NCBI GenBank assembly: GCA_024998595.1
Contig: JACOEK010000006.1
Span: 126,433 to 190,432, forward strand
Length of the DNA: 64,000 nucleotides
From: Nitrospira sp.
GTDB lineage: Bacteria; Nitrospirota; Nitrospiria; Nitrospirales; Nitrospiraceae
Reading direction: 5' to 3'
Position 1 is the first letter of the stretch. The number at the start of each line of letters is the position of its first letter. The notes beneath the pieces were generated by a model. That model was not told the origin of the DNA, ran no database searches, and worked only from the letters and a program-made list of their open reading frames with translations. The position numbers were made by a program, and so were the translations under genes. Positions 54,301 through 64,000 of the stretch are shown piece by piece.

Positions 54301-56796
54301 CTAATAACGACTGAACGGCATTGATTGCACAGGAAGCGCATTTTGTACGCGACCGTAGGGACCACCCGGCGCGGCCCATGGCAAACCACGATCACCCACC
54401 AGCAATGGACCCAGGATCGTCCTCGCCACAATCGTGCCGAAGTTTTCCGTCCAGCCGATCCCGGTCATGCTGAACATGAAGGAATAACTCTGCCGATCCG
54501 GGAACTGCAGGTAGTACAACCCGAGCGACCAGCACTTACAGGGGTTTTGATACAGCGCCACCACATCGAATTCCGGACTGCGGCCGCCTTTGACATCGTA
54601 GTACCCCTTCGCGCCGATGGTCCATCCCCAGGGCGTCCGGAATCCGCCGCCGGCTGTGGCAAACTGAATTTCCTTGGTGGGCGCATACACTTCATTGAAG
54701 GAAATCGGATTCCAGATATCGCCCCGCCTGACTCGGTTGCCGTCATTGCTGAATCGTTGCCCAACTTCAACATACCAATAATTCGATTGCTGCACCCGAA
54801 GGTCCGTATTCCATTGGCTGAACGTGCCGCGATACGGATCCAAAAAGGCATCCACCTGCAGATACGAATTCGTCGTCGGCAACATTTGTCCGCTCGTCAC
54901 GTTCTTTCCGAGCGCCTCGTTGATCCCGGGAGGACGAAAAAACTCCGGCGCCGTATTGCCGATCACCGCGCGCATCCATACATCGGACATTTTCCGACCC
55001 TGCACGTCCACCGTGGCCGGCTGCAAGGGCTGCGTCAAGGATCCCAAAAACGGCAACACGCCGGGGGTAAATTCCCGCGCGCGGGTCTGCACCGCCCCCA
55101 CGTGATAACTTTGCGCGACGGTCAGATCCAACCAGTTGAAGCTTTGCCCGTTGAGCTGTTGCTCCAATAGCTTCGTACGCAGCGCATAGGTCAGCAAATT
55201 TTTCTTGGGGATATCGTCGATCTGATCGATCTGCGCGATCTTGCTCTGATCGCTGCCGGGTACGTATTCATACATCACACTCGGTTCGATCGTATGGAGG
55301 AAACTGCCGCCCTCCCCGCCGGTGTATCGGCGGCTCAATTTTGAGGTCGCATCCAGTGCGGCCCAAAACGTTTCGCGATGCAGTGGACTGGCCTCTTGAA
55401 TCCCGCGCGTGTAATAGAGTTCCTTGAATTTGAAATGCGGCGTCAAGCCGATCACATGCCCGACATCCATCACATCGGTGGTCAGTCCCGGCATGAAATC
55501 CATGCGATTCACCGCAAAACCCTGCTCGCGATAAAAGTTCACGAAGTTCGTGTCGAGGTTCATGAGAAACGGCATCCCGAACGGCGACGTGTTCGGCAGG
55601 ACGTACCCCACCTCGGGAAGGCGTTGGAACGTGTCGGGGCCGCCGGAATTCAACGGCTGGAGATATTGCCCCAGGAAATAGGCGCTTCCATACGGCAGCC
55701 GCTGCGTGGCCAACAACGCCGATTCACCGCTGGGTGAGGCCCGCTGGGCGCCTGAGTTGCTCAATTGCTGGAGATACTGCCGGTCCGAGACGAACGACGC
55801 CTGGCCGCGCACCAGAAGCGTATCCGTCACCTGTTGAACATGCTGGCCGCTGATCAACCCGCGCAGACGCCGCTCATCCGAGCTGACTTGATCCACCCCC
55901 GAGACATTCGGCAGCTTGGTCTGCTGCAGAAAACTCGCAAACCACTGTCCGCTCGACCGCCGATCGAGATAATAGCGATAGGCGAAATCGCTGCCGTACC
56001 CAAGGTTGTTGTAGTACGAAGGCGCGATGGTCAGATCCTGGCTGGGATTGATCGCCCAGAAGTAGCCCTGCTGGTAGTGCAGCCCGAACCGGTTATCGTA
56101 ACCAGGGGTGGGAATAAGAAACCCGCTATGCCGGTTGCTCAGTGGATACGTCAGGGTCGGTACAGGAATGATCGGCGTATCGCTGGCGCAGAGCCACGCC
56201 CGCTTCATGCCGATACTTTCCCCCGCGTTCACATCGAGATCCTCGAAGGTAAACCGCCAGGCCGGCACTTCCCCCTCTTTCGCATCGCAATTGGTAAAGG
56301 TGCCTTCCTTGATCCGGTAGTGATCTTCCGACAGTCTTCGGATACTCCTGCCGGTAAAAAACGAATTACTCGGCCGGATAAACATCGATCCGTTGGCGAC
56401 GACGCCGCCTTCGGTGTTCACATTCAATTCCAGTCGTTCCGATTTCAGATCGGAGCTCGCATCCCAGAAATGCACGTGTCCCGTCGCCGTCAGGGTGCCG
56501 GGTAACGAATTGATCGTCACATGGTCGGCGGTCAGCCGCAAATTTCCCTGTGTCACCACCACGGAACCGTCGGCCTCATAGACCTCCCGTTCCTGAAGAT
56601 GATCGATGCGCTCAGCGGTGACCGTCAGAGGCTGGTTCGTCGGTGAAGCCGCGGTGACCGTCGATTGCCCCCGCGCCAAGGGCGTGAAGAGTGGAAACAG
56701 AAGGAGAAAAACAGAAAGGCACAGGACGGACGGAAAGCGGCTGATCAGACGCCGACAGGTTGAAACCGGATAACGGTCTGGCCCCATCTCAACCAC
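54301..56796 (-). CDS. lptD: LPS-assembly protein LptD
   Basis: N-terminal OstA-like region (LTADHV, GTFTNCD), HSGFLIP, YFWAINPSQDLT, barrel ending YQNPCKCWSL...Y. Confidence 0.9.
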   Translation of the reverse strand: MVEMGPDRYPVSTCRRLISRFPSVLCLSVFLLLFPLFTPLARGQSTVTAASPTNQPLTVTAERIDHLQEREVYEADGSVVVTQGNLRLTADHVTINSLPGTLTATGHVHFWDASSDLKSERLELNVNTEGGVVANGSMFIRPSNSFFTGRSIRRLSEDHYRIKEGTFTNCDAKEGEVPAWRFTFEDLDVNAGESIGMKRAWLCASDTPIIPVPTLTYPLSNRHSGFLIPTPGYDNRFGLHYQQGYFWAINPSQDLTIAPSYYNNLGYGSDFAYRYYLDRRSSGQWFASFLQQTKLPNVSGVDQVSSDERRLRGLISGQHVQQVTDTLLVRGQASFVSDRQYLQQLSNSGAQRASPSGESALLATQRLPYGSAYFLGQYLQPLNSGGPDTFQRLPEVGYVLPNTSPFGMPFLMNLDTNFVNFYREQGFAVNRMDFMPGLTTDVMDVGHVIGLTPHFKFKELYYTRGIQEASPLHRETFWAALDATSKLSRRYTGGEGGSFLHTIEPSVMYEYVPGSDQSKIAQIDQIDDIPKKNLLTYALRTKLLEQQLNGQSFNWLDLTVAQSYHVGAVQTRAREFTPGVLPFLGSLTQPLQPATVDVQGRKMSDVWMRAVIGNTAPEFFRPPGINEALGKNVTSGQMLPTTNSYLQVDAFLDPYRGTFSQWNTDLRVQQSNYWYVEVGQRFSNDGNRVRRGDIWNPISFNEVYAPTKEIQFATAGGGFRTPWGWTIGAKGYYDVKGGRSPEFDVVALYQNPCKCWSLGLYYLQFPDRQSYSFMFSMTGIGWTENFGTIVARTILGPLLVGDRGLPWAAPGGPYGRVQNALPVQSMPFSRY

Positions 56797-58102
56797 GAAC
56801 AGGTGAGAGGGAATCCCCTCGCAGAAGGGCCTTGATCTCGCCGACCAGCATCAACGAGCCCGTCACACAAATGAGATCGGAGGCAGCGGCTGACTGCTTC
56901 GCCACGGCCAATGCATCCGACGGGGTCGGCGCGACCTGCGCGGAAGGCGCGGCGTCTCCAAGCAGCAGCCGGAGTTCCGACCCGGTGGCTGCACGTGGAA
57001 GATCCGCCTGCGTCAGTATCAGCCTATCGGCCAGCGGCAGGAGCGGTGCAAGAAATTCGCGCGGATGCTTATCGCGCATCATCCCCACAATCAGGCTGAC
57101 GCGCGCAGCTGGCCTGCAACGCTTCCACTCGGCCAGATACTCAGCGAGTACCGTCGCCGCGGCGGGGTTATGCGCCCCATCCACCATCACCGTCGGCTCT
57201 TCGCCGACAATTTCCAAGCGACCTTCCCACGCGACCTGTTGCAGGCCGTCGCGTATCGCCGACTCGGGCACCGTCATACCCCTCTCTCGAGCCAATTCGA
57301 TCAGCGCCAGTGAGCAGGCCAGGTTATCGATTTGAAATCGCCCCTGCAGCGGACAGCCGAGATGGTCCACTTGCAGCGCGAGGCCTGCGTACCGGCAGTC
57401 GGCCGGGGAGGACCCTTCACAACGGAAGTCACGCTCCAGACGAAAGACCGGAGCGCCCACCGCCGACGCGCGATCTTCGATCACTCGACGAGCAGGTTCG
57501 CCGATGCGGCCCAGCACCACCGGCACTCCCGCCTTGATGATTCCCGCCTTTTCCATCGCAATGGCTTCAATCGTCGACCCCAGATAGGCCTCATGATCGA
57601 GTCCGATCGTCGTGATGGCGGCGGCAAGCGGCTCCACGACATTCGTGGCGTCGAACCGGCCCCCCAAGCCAACTTCGAGCACGACGACATCCACCTGACA
57701 TTCTGCAAAATAGTGGAAGGCAAGCGCCGTGGTGAATTCAAAAAATGTCGGGGCCAGATCGGGTGCGGAGGCCGCGCGCAACATCTCGACCCCATGGATC
57801 ACGCGCGACTCGGGAATCATCTCGCCATTGACGCGAATCCGCTCGCGGAAATCGATCAGGTGCGGAGAGGTATAGAGACCCACTCGATGGCCGGAAGCTT
57901 GCAGGATCGACGCAGTCATGGCTGCCGTGGAGCCCTTCCCGTTCGTGCCGCCGATGTGCAGGACCGGGTATCGACGATGCGGGTCGCCTACCCGTCCGAG
58001 CAGGGCGCGAATCGTTTCGAGACCCAACTTGATCCCGTGTTGTTGCAGACCGTAGAGGAATTGGACGGTCGCGGAATACGTCATCGTGGGCATGAGCGAC
58101 AT
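56789..58102 (-). CDS. folC: Folylpolyglutamate synthase/dihydrofolate synthase
   Basis: HIGGTNGKGS, YTSPHL...ERIR, LEVGLGGRFDATN, VDGAHNP, VTGSL. Confidence 0.97.
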   Translation of the reverse strand: MSLMPTMTYSATVQFLYGLQQHGIKLGLETIRALLGRVGDPHRRYPVLHIGGTNGKGSTAAMTASILQASGHRVGLYTSPHLIDFRERIRVNGEMIPESRVIHGVEMLRAASAPDLAPTFFEFTTALAFHYFAECQVDVVVLEVGLGGRFDATNVVEPLAAAITTIGLDHEAYLGSTIEAIAMEKAGIIKAGVPVVLGRIGEPARRVIEDRASAVGAPVFRLERDFRCEGSSPADCRYAGLALQVDHLGCPLQGRFQIDNLACSLALIELARERGMTVPESAIRDGLQQVAWEGRLEIVGEEPTVMVDGAHNPAAATVLAEYLAEWKRCRPAARVSLIVGMMRDKHPREFLAPLLPLADRLILTQADLPRAATGSELRLLLGDAAPSAQVAPTPSDALAVAKQSAAASDLICVTGSLMLVGEIKALLRGDSLSPVRG

Positions 58103-58111
58103 ATGAACCGG

Positions 58112-58948
58112 CTAGAAGTGCCCGACCAACGTGCTCACTGCTTCCTTCAACTGCTTTCGCTCGACGATCATGTCAATCATCCCATGATCGAGCAAAAACT
58201 CGGCGCGTTGAAACTGATCCGGCAATTGTTGTTTGATCGTCTGCTCGATGACCCGGGGGCCGGCAAATCCGATCAGCGCCTTCGGCTCGGCAATTATGAC
58301 GTCTCCCAGCATGGCAATACTGGCCGTTACCCCGCCGAACGTCGGATCGGCCAGTATCGAGATAAAGGGCAACTTGGCCTCGCCTAATTTCGCGACCGCC
58401 GCGGACGTCTTCGCCATTTGCATGAGGGACAAGATGCCCTCCTGCATACGAGCGCCGCCGGAAGCTGTCACGAGAATCAACGGCATCCGCGATTCCAAGG
58501 CGCGATCGACCGCGCGACAGATTTTTTCCCCCACCACGGATCCCATACTGCCGCCCATAAACCCGAAATCGAAGACACAGAGGGCCACCTTGCGCCCATT
58601 GATCACGCCCTGGCCGATGACCATCGCGTCTTTCCGTCCCGTCTTCTCCTGCTGCGCCTTGATCCGGTCTTTGTAGGAGCGTGTGTCCTGAAACTGCAGC
58701 GGGTCCTGCGGCTCCAGCTCGGGATCCCACTCTTTGAACGTGCCGAGATCGACGAGCAGATTGATACGTTCAATGACCGAGATGGGAAAGTGATAATCGC
58801 ATTTCGGGCAGACCTTGTTGTTGCGGTCGACTTCCTTGCGATAGACGATCTCCCGGCAATGGTTACACTTCAGCCACATCCCCTCCGCCGTTTTTGAGCG
58901 TTTGGGGGGCTCCGCTTCCTCGGTTTTTCCTTTTTTAAACCAAGCCAT
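58112..58948 (-). CDS. accD: Acetyl-CoA carboxylase carboxyltransferase beta subunit
   Basis: Zn finger CNHC...[45 protein letters not shown]. Confidence 0.98.
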   Translation of the reverse strand: MAWFKKGKTEEAEPPKRSKTAEGMWLKCNHCREIVYRKEVDRNNKVCPKCDYHFPISVIERINLLVDLGTFKEWDPELEPQDPLQFQDTRSYKDRIKAQQEKTGRKDAMVIGQGVINGRKVALCVFDFGFMGGSMGSVVGEKICRAVDRALESRMPLILVTASGGARMQEGILSLMQMAKTSAAVAKLGEAKLPFISILADPTFGGVTASIAMLGDVIIAEPKALIGFAGPRVIEQTIKQQLPDQFQRAEFLLDHGMIDMIVERKQLKEAVSTLVGHF

Positions 58949-58958
58949 CTGTGCTCAC

Positions 58959-59747
58959 CTATAGTACAAGGGTTTGGCCCTCTTCAAGCGCGGTCAAATG
59001 ACGAATGCCGAGTCGTCCGAGCTCCTGCCGGATCTGTTCTCGAAACCGCGGCTTCAAATGGTAGGCAAAGACCGGCAACTCCGGTCTCGCGATCTTGGCG
59101 AACTCCTCAGCCAGCAACGCCGGAGTGAGATGTTTCGCCACTCGTGCCAAGTCGGCCATCTCGTCGGGAAACGAACTTTCGATAAATGCCGCCTGCAATC
59201 CGTCCACGTCCCCGGCCGCCTTCCATAGCGCGTCCGTATGATAGGTGTCGCCGCTAAAGAGAACCGTCCGGGACCCTTCGCGAAGGAGAAAGCCCACCGT
59301 CGGCACCACATGGTTCACCGGGATCGGCGTGACCCCCAGCCCGCACAAGAGCGTCTCCTGTCCGGGGGTCAGTTCGCGGGACACGAATACAGGCCTGGCA
59401 GGATCTGGCAGCTGGAAAAAATCTGGATAGACCGTGCCGTTAAAAATGTGCCTGCGCAACCCGTCCAGGACTTCTGGAATAGCCGCGATGACGACCGGCA
59501 CCTCAATCTCGCCGACCAGGTTATCGGCCAGTGTCGGCAACTCACGAATATGATCAAAGTGCAGGTGGGTCAGCAGAACCACCCGGATCCGCCGTTGCTC
59601 GTCCAGATACAGCCTGGATCCGACCGTTCCAGCATCCACCATCAGCTCATCGTTGAGCAGAAAACCGCAGGTCCCGCACTGGACCGGACCCTTCTCGCCT
59701 GAAACCAGCTGCCCCGAGCCATGACAACCCAACACACGGACATTCAT
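58959..59747 (-). CDS. Metallo-beta-lactamase-fold 3',5'-cyclic nucleotide phosphodiesterase (class II-like)
   Basis: VLGCHG, MVDAG, THLHFDHI, NHVVPT, FSGDT, IESSFP, HLTP, YHLKP. Confidence 0.8.
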   Translation of the reverse strand: MNVRVLGCHGSGQLVSGEKGPVQCGTCGFLLNDELMVDAGTVGSRLYLDEQRRIRVVLLTHLHFDHIRELPTLADNLVGEIEVPVVIAAIPEVLDGLRRHIFNGTVYPDFFQLPDPARPVFVSRELTPGQETLLCGLGVTPIPVNHVVPTVGFLLREGSRTVLFSGDTYHTDALWKAAGDVDGLQAAFIESSFPDEMADLARVAKHLTPALLAEEFAKIARPELPVFAYHLKPRFREQIRQELGRLGIRHLTALEEGQTLVL

Positions 59748-59950
59748 GGCCGTGGCTTTCCGGACTTCCACCGGCGTTTCGGCCTACCGTCACGATATTG
59801 TGAACGAGTCCTCCGCACTGGGCGGCAGAATAGCATACCTCTGAGAAAGGCGCACACAGATTTGCACAGGTCGTTCTTCAACCACGGCCTGCCAGGAAGA
59901 GAAGGCGAAGACCTATTCGATTGCGGTAGAACGGCTCACGAATCCTGTGG

Positions 59951-60658
59951 CTAGGACCAGCCGCCGCCCAGTCCGATTCGCACCATCATCAGCACACCCA
60001 AACCGATACTGACGAGGCAGGCGAGCCCCTGCACCATCCAATAGGCTCGCGGTCCGACTGTCAGGGAATACATCACGGGCAAACTGAGCACCACCCCGAC
60101 TCCCACCATTCCCAGAATGGATCCGATACCGAACACGACAATATAGCCGATTCCCTGACCGATGCCCGTCACCGTGGACAGCACAACCAACATCAGCGCC
60201 GCCGACCCGGCCAGTCCATGTGCCATTCCAATCCCGAGGGGCCGCAACGATCCCTGATACCAATGCCCATGCCGGTGATCAGCCTGCACATGGTGGCTGT
60301 GCAAGTGCACGTGCGGCTGGCCATCATGCTCATGGGTGTGGAGATGCCACTGCTCACGATACATCCGGCGGGCCAATAAGAGACCAAGCGCCACGAGCAT
60401 CCCTCCGACGGCAAACTCGAACATGTTCGCCACGGATTCGGAAATCGTGAGGTTCAAGGTCAGCAAGAGAGTCCCGACGCACAAGAGCATCAAGGTGTGA
60501 CCAAGACCCCAGAAAAACCCGATCGCCGTGGACGCTTGGACGGTGGGGCGCTCGGCCAGCACGGTGGACAGAGCGGCGAGATGATCCGCGTCCAGGGCGT
60601 GACGAAGCCCGAGCACGAATCCAAGGCTTAAAATGGTCAGGGTATGGGGATCAAACAT
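59951..60658 (-). CDS. NiCoT/UreH-like nickel/cobalt transporter
   Basis: GLRHALDADHLAA, WGLGHT, His-rich loop HLHTHEHDGQPHVHLHSH, GMAHGLAGSAA. Confidence 0.85.
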   Translation of the reverse strand: MFDPHTLTILSLGFVLGLRHALDADHLAALSTVLAERPTVQASTAIGFFWGLGHTLMLLCVGTLLLTLNLTISESVANMFEFAVGGMLVALGLLLARRMYREQWHLHTHEHDGQPHVHLHSHHVQADHRHGHWYQGSLRPLGIGMAHGLAGSAALMLVVLSTVTGIGQGIGYIVVFGIGSILGMVGVGVVLSLPVMYSLTVGPRAYWMVQGLACLVSIGLGVLMMVRIGLGGGWS

Positions 60659-60717
60659 TCACTGCTCCAGGGGAGGTGCGTCGGCCGATCCGGCACGGGA
60701 GCAGCACACACTGACGG

Positions 60718-61782
60718 TCATCCCCCTCGCGCATGCATCTCAAGGTGGGGATCTTCACGGAGGCGATTGATCTCAATGAGGCGCTGTTCGCGCAGTCCTA
60801 ACACTTCCAGCGCCTTGCGCTCTTCAGCACCCCGATCTGCCCGGCCCTCCCAGGCGGCAACGATCAGCGCTTTCAATTCATCGCGGGTACGGCCCTGCCG
60901 GAGCGGCGCACGGAGATCCAGACCGTCTTTCGCATAGAGGCAGAGGTACCACATCCCGTCGGCCGTCAACCGGCTGCGATCGCAGGAACGACAAAATGGG
61001 GTGGTGGTCGAGGGAATGATGCCGAAGGAGGTCCCATCCGGCAACACAAACCGCTCCGCGGGGGCGACGCTGTTCTCCCGTACCGGTTGTACGTCTCCGT
61101 AGTGACGGCCGATCAGTTCGAGCATCTCTGCCCTCGACAGCACTTGTTTCATAGACCAATCCGTGGCGCCGCCGACATCCATGTATTCGATGAACCGCAC
61201 CTCGCCGCCGACCGTTTTGCCGTACTCGATGAGATCGATGAGTTCGTCGTCGTTGTAGCCTTTGATGACGACCGTATCGAACTTCAGCGATGGAAACCCG
61301 GCTTGCACCACCGCCTTGATGCCGTCGAACACCTGGTGATGAAGATCCCGTTTAGTGAGGGTACGAAAGCGGTCCGCACGGAGAGTGTCCAGGCTGATGG
61401 TCACACGATTCAATCCGGCGAAGGAGAGATCGGCGGCCTGATCGGCCATGAGTACGCCGTTGCTGGTCAGGGCAATCTCGGTAATCCGACGATTTTCCGA
61501 CAGCTGCCTGACAAATCGCGGCAGGTCCCGACGCAACAGCGGCTCCCCGCCCGTAAGACGAACCTTGTCCACGCCCAACTCGGTAAAGACTGCCGTGAGC
61601 TCGGCCATCTCCTCGAAGGTCAGAATGGTATCGCGCGGCAACCAGGCGTAATCATCTTCGGGCATACAATACTTGCACCGGAGATTACAGCGGTCGGTCA
61701 CGGAGAGGCGCAGGCTGCGGAGAGGACGCCCCAACCGGTCGTATATCGTGGGAGCGGGTGTATCGAGTGTGCTGTGGTCCAT
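60718..61782 (-). CDS. moaA: GTP 3',8-cyclase
   Basis: LSVTDRCNLRCKYCMP, LTGGEPLLR, ISLDTL, RFIEYM, FCRSCDRSRLTADG...CLY, terminal GG. Confidence 0.97.
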   Translation of the reverse strand: MDHSTLDTPAPTIYDRLGRPLRSLRLSVTDRCNLRCKYCMPEDDYAWLPRDTILTFEEMAELTAVFTELGVDKVRLTGGEPLLRRDLPRFVRQLSENRRITEIALTSNGVLMADQAADLSFAGLNRVTISLDTLRADRFRTLTKRDLHHQVFDGIKAVVQAGFPSLKFDTVVIKGYNDDELIDLIEYGKTVGGEVRFIEYMDVGGATDWSMKQVLSRAEMLELIGRHYGDVQPVRENSVAPAERFVLPDGTSFGIIPSTTTPFCRSCDRSRLTADGMWYLCLYAKDGLDLRAPLRQGRTRDELKALIVAAWEGRADRGAEERKALEVLGLREQRLIEINRLREDPHLEMHARGG

Positions 61783-61827
61783 AATTACTCGAGGGCGATG
61801 CCCCTCCCCTACTGCCGCCCGGAGGGG

Positions 61828-62301
61828 CTAAGGATGCTCCTCAACCCACACCTCTCCTTCCGGGGTGTGCTCGAGTTTCCAAATCGGCGTGATTTGCTTC
61901 AATTCGTCAATGGCCCATTTACAAGCCTGAAAGGCCTCCGCGCGATGTTCAGCGCCGGCGATGATCAACACGATGTTGTCGCCGATACCGATCTCGCCGT
62001 AGCGGTGCAGGATCGACAGCTCAATGATGCCAAAATCTTTCAGCCCTCGTTCGCGAATCTCACGCAATTTTTTCTGCGCCATGCCCTCGTAATGCTCGAA
62101 GGTGATGCCGTCTACGTCCTTGCCCTTCGACCGGTCCCTGGCCGTCCCCAGGAAGATCGCAATGCCGCCGATACGTTTGGAACGCGCGCGTACCCGACGG
62201 AGTTCTTCGTCGATCGAAAAATCTTCTCGCTGCACCCTGACCAGCATCGCCTCATCGCCGGTGACTGGCTGGTCGGGTTTCGTGACCTGTTCAAGACTCA
62301 T
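61828..62301 (-). CDS. moaE: Molybdopterin synthase catalytic subunit
   Basis: GGIAIFLGTAR, FEHYEGMA, HRYGEI, HRAEAF, LKQITPIWKLE. Confidence 0.95.
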   Translation of the reverse strand: MSLEQVTKPDQPVTGDEAMLVRVQREDFSIDEELRRVRARSKRIGGIAIFLGTARDRSKGKDVDGITFEHYEGMAQKKLREIRERGLKDFGIIELSILHRYGEIGIGDNIVLIIAGAEHRAEAFQACKWAIDELKQITPIWKLEHTPEGEVWVEEHP

Positions 62302-62310
62302 GCGATGCTC

Positions 62311-62574
62311 CTATCGATGCCCGCTCCCGCCCGCGAAGGGCGGCAGCAAGGCGATCTCATCTCCATCCTTCACTTCAAGGTCCTCAAGGGCAATGTCTTG
62401 ATTGACCGACACGAGTACTTTCTTCTTGTGCAGCAATTCGCCGATCTTCGGATAGGCAGCTTCGATCACCGCCACCAGGTCCTTCACCCGCCGGCCATCG
62501 GGCAAGGCCAGGGAAAGGGCACCTTGATTTCCGGCCAACATTTTCGTCATGCCGAAGAGTCGAACCGTGACCAT
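62311..62574 (-). CDS. moaD: Molybdopterin synthase sulfur carrier subunit
   Basis: VTVRLFG...SVNQ...DGDEIALLPPFAGG followed by a 4-aa extension (SGHR). Confidence 0.9.
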   Translation of the reverse strand: MVTVRLFGMTKMLAGNQGALSLALPDGRRVKDLVAVIEAAYPKIGELLHKKKVLVSVNQDIALEDLEVKDGDEIALLPPFAGGSGHR

Positions 62575-62597
62575 CTCACGCTCCATCAGCCAGGCAA

Positions 62598-63098
62598 TTA
62601 CACGGGAACCGGACGTTGATATGTGCCCGATTTCCCGCCGGACTTGGTCAAGAGGCAGATGTCGCCGAAGCTCATGGCTCGATCCACCGCCTTGCACATA
62701 TCATAAATCGTCAACGCGGCCACCGAGGCGGCCGTCATGGCTTCCATCTCAACGCCCGTCGGCCCGGTGGTCTTGGCCGTGGCGGTAATCAGGATCGAGC
62801 ACCGTCCCTCACGGTCCGGCTGATCGATTTCTTGAAAACAAATGTCGACACTCGTCAGCAAAATGGGATGGCACATGGGAATCAGGTCCGGAGTCTTCTT
62901 CGCCCCCATCACCCCCGCCACCTGGGCGACAGACAACACATCGCCCTTGGCGATTTTTCCGTGCTGAATCTTTTCAAGGGTTTCCGGTTGAAGAAAAACG
63001 ATGGCTTGCGCCGTTGCCAGTCGCTCAGTCGAGGCCTTTGCCCCGACATCGACCATCCGCGCCCGCCCGGATTCGTTGAAATGCGTAAACTCGGCCAT
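62598..63098 (-). CDS. moaC: Cyclic pyranopterin monophosphate synthase
   Basis: THFNESGRARMVDV, KGDVL, LIPMCHP, TGVEMEA, IYDMCKAVD, KSGGKSG. Confidence 0.97.
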   Translation of the reverse strand: MAEFTHFNESGRARMVDVGAKASTERLATAQAIVFLQPETLEKIQHGKIAKGDVLSVAQVAGVMGAKKTPDLIPMCHPILLTSVDICFQEIDQPDREGRCSILITATAKTTGPTGVEMEAMTAASVAALTIYDMCKAVDRAMSFGDICLLTKSGGKSGTYQRPVPV

Positions 63099-63140
63099 TC
63101 TTTATGCCAAATCAGCTGGTTGTCGCATCAAAACCGCCGA

Positions 63141-63170
63141 ATTATAGGAGCCGGTGAAAATGGGAGTCAA
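63141..63170 (-). promoter_or_regulatory. Sigma70 promoter of the moaC operon
   Basis: TTGACT-N18-TATAAT, about 40 nt upstream of the moaC ATG. Confidence 0.7.
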
Positions 63171-63865
63171 GCGACATCCGGCCGATGCCCGCGCCCCGTC
63201 AATGAATTCGAGAGCGTTGAACGGCAGGTGAGTATACGGTCTGAGCCGAAGCACGGAGGAAGGAACAGTATTCAATCAGACAAGCAGTGGCGCGGGAGGG
63301 AAAACCACCGTGGACAGACACGAAACCGGGAGATTGCCAGCGAACCTATTTCCGGGACGCCCAGGACCGACCGACGAGAGCCGAGAGAAACATGGCGAAG
63401 GCGGTGAAATAGCAACGCATTCCGAGAGACTGGCGCATGCTTCACTCCTCTGGCCGTCATCGCTGACAGCCTTGCCCGAATGAATGTCACCTCGCGTTAC
63501 AACAACGGCAATTACGCAACAGTCGTGCCTATAATTTACAGAAGGAGAAATGACCGACTTACTAATGCCCTGCTCATCAGAGGCGGTGCGATTTCGCTGA
63601 ATCCTTCCGTACGATTGGACCGATGCGCTCGCTTTCCCCAGACCATCTGTCTGAATCGAAATGGCACCTCGCCCGTCATTCCTGTGACGACCCGTCAATC
63701 GCAGTCATGACACGGTTATGATTCCAGATAATCAGTGTGACAAGCCGTGAGTCCTTTGACGGGTCCAGGCTCACTCTTCATCGAGACAAGAATGATTTCG
63801 GCCATGCAAACGCGCGGCAGAATCGAGTAGAGTGAGCGTTCCTTGTTTGCCATTTGGGAGGACGC

Positions 63866-64000
63866 ATGCCGATATCGAGACGACCGGAATTGGAGAAAGA
63901 TAACCCCGTAGCCCCGCAAATCTATGTCGGGCCGAGGAGAAAGCGGGCAATGGCTCGCAAGGCCTCCTCCGAGCCAACGGCGGCCCCGGATGGAATGGCT
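63866..64000 (+). CDS. Possible 5' end of a CDS running off the window
   Basis: GGGAGG SD 4 nt before ATG 63866; open for 45 codons to the edge; alternative ATG at 63950. Confidence 0.35.
   Translation, partial: MPISRRPELEKDNPVAPQIYVGPRRKRAMARKASSEPTAAPDGMA

Noticed and set aside
59860-59950. Possible further degenerate copy of repeat family 1 (AGGAAGAG...GCGAAGACCT...GGTA)
   Set aside because: Similarity is limited to the internal part and there are no terminal arms; it cannot be told from chance without alignment statistics.
61087-62619. 510-aa plus-strand ORF
   Set aside because: Antisense shadow of moaA/moaE/moaD with no recognisable motifs; long shadow ORFs are expected in GC-rich DNA.
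63099-63170. Moco riboswitch ahead of moaC
   Set aside because: The promoter lies about 40 nt from the start codon, leaving no room for the aptamer.
63542-63600. 16-codon ORF after AAGGAG (MTDLLMPCSSEAVRFR)
   Set aside because: The SD-to-ATG spacing is only 2 nt and there is no other support.

Overview
A GC-rich bacterial chromosome segment. Gene content and lineage-typical small proteins and repeats suggest Nitrospira, but this is inference with no database search. It is mostly housekeeping DNA: proC; a lipoprotein operon (LPP20-like, lpoB, COG3014-like, LPP20-like) ending in a PIN toxin-antitoxin-like pair; acs; a ~12 kb minus-strand run glyQ-glyS-hyp-ppdK-ribD-hydrolase-hyp-MFS-sORF-ribE; Rrf2-sbp-cysTWA; fabI; bcp; recN; trxA; lptD-folC-accD; and moaCDEA with a NiCoT-type transporter. 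The left edge holds the 3' end of a tyrosine integrase with a likely att site in the 3' end of a small CDS. An accessory-looking block sits at 29.2-34.8 kb. The strongest novelty candidate is 43.2-51.5 kb: a 1400-aa REC-PAS-pseudo-histidine-kinase-PilZ-PilZ-LuxD-like hydrolase-SAM methyltransferase fusion, followed by a soluble GAF histidine kinase, a sigma54 activator, a sigma54-type promoter and a degenerate REC-HD-GYP protein. Just upstream is a secreted protein carrying a PHM/DBH-like copper ligand pattern. Also notable are several apparent pseudoenzymes, palindromic dispersed repeats abutting stop codons, and two small membrane ORFs missed by the ORF track. No tRNA, rRNA or CRISPR array was recognised. 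All domain calls come from motif reading by eye.
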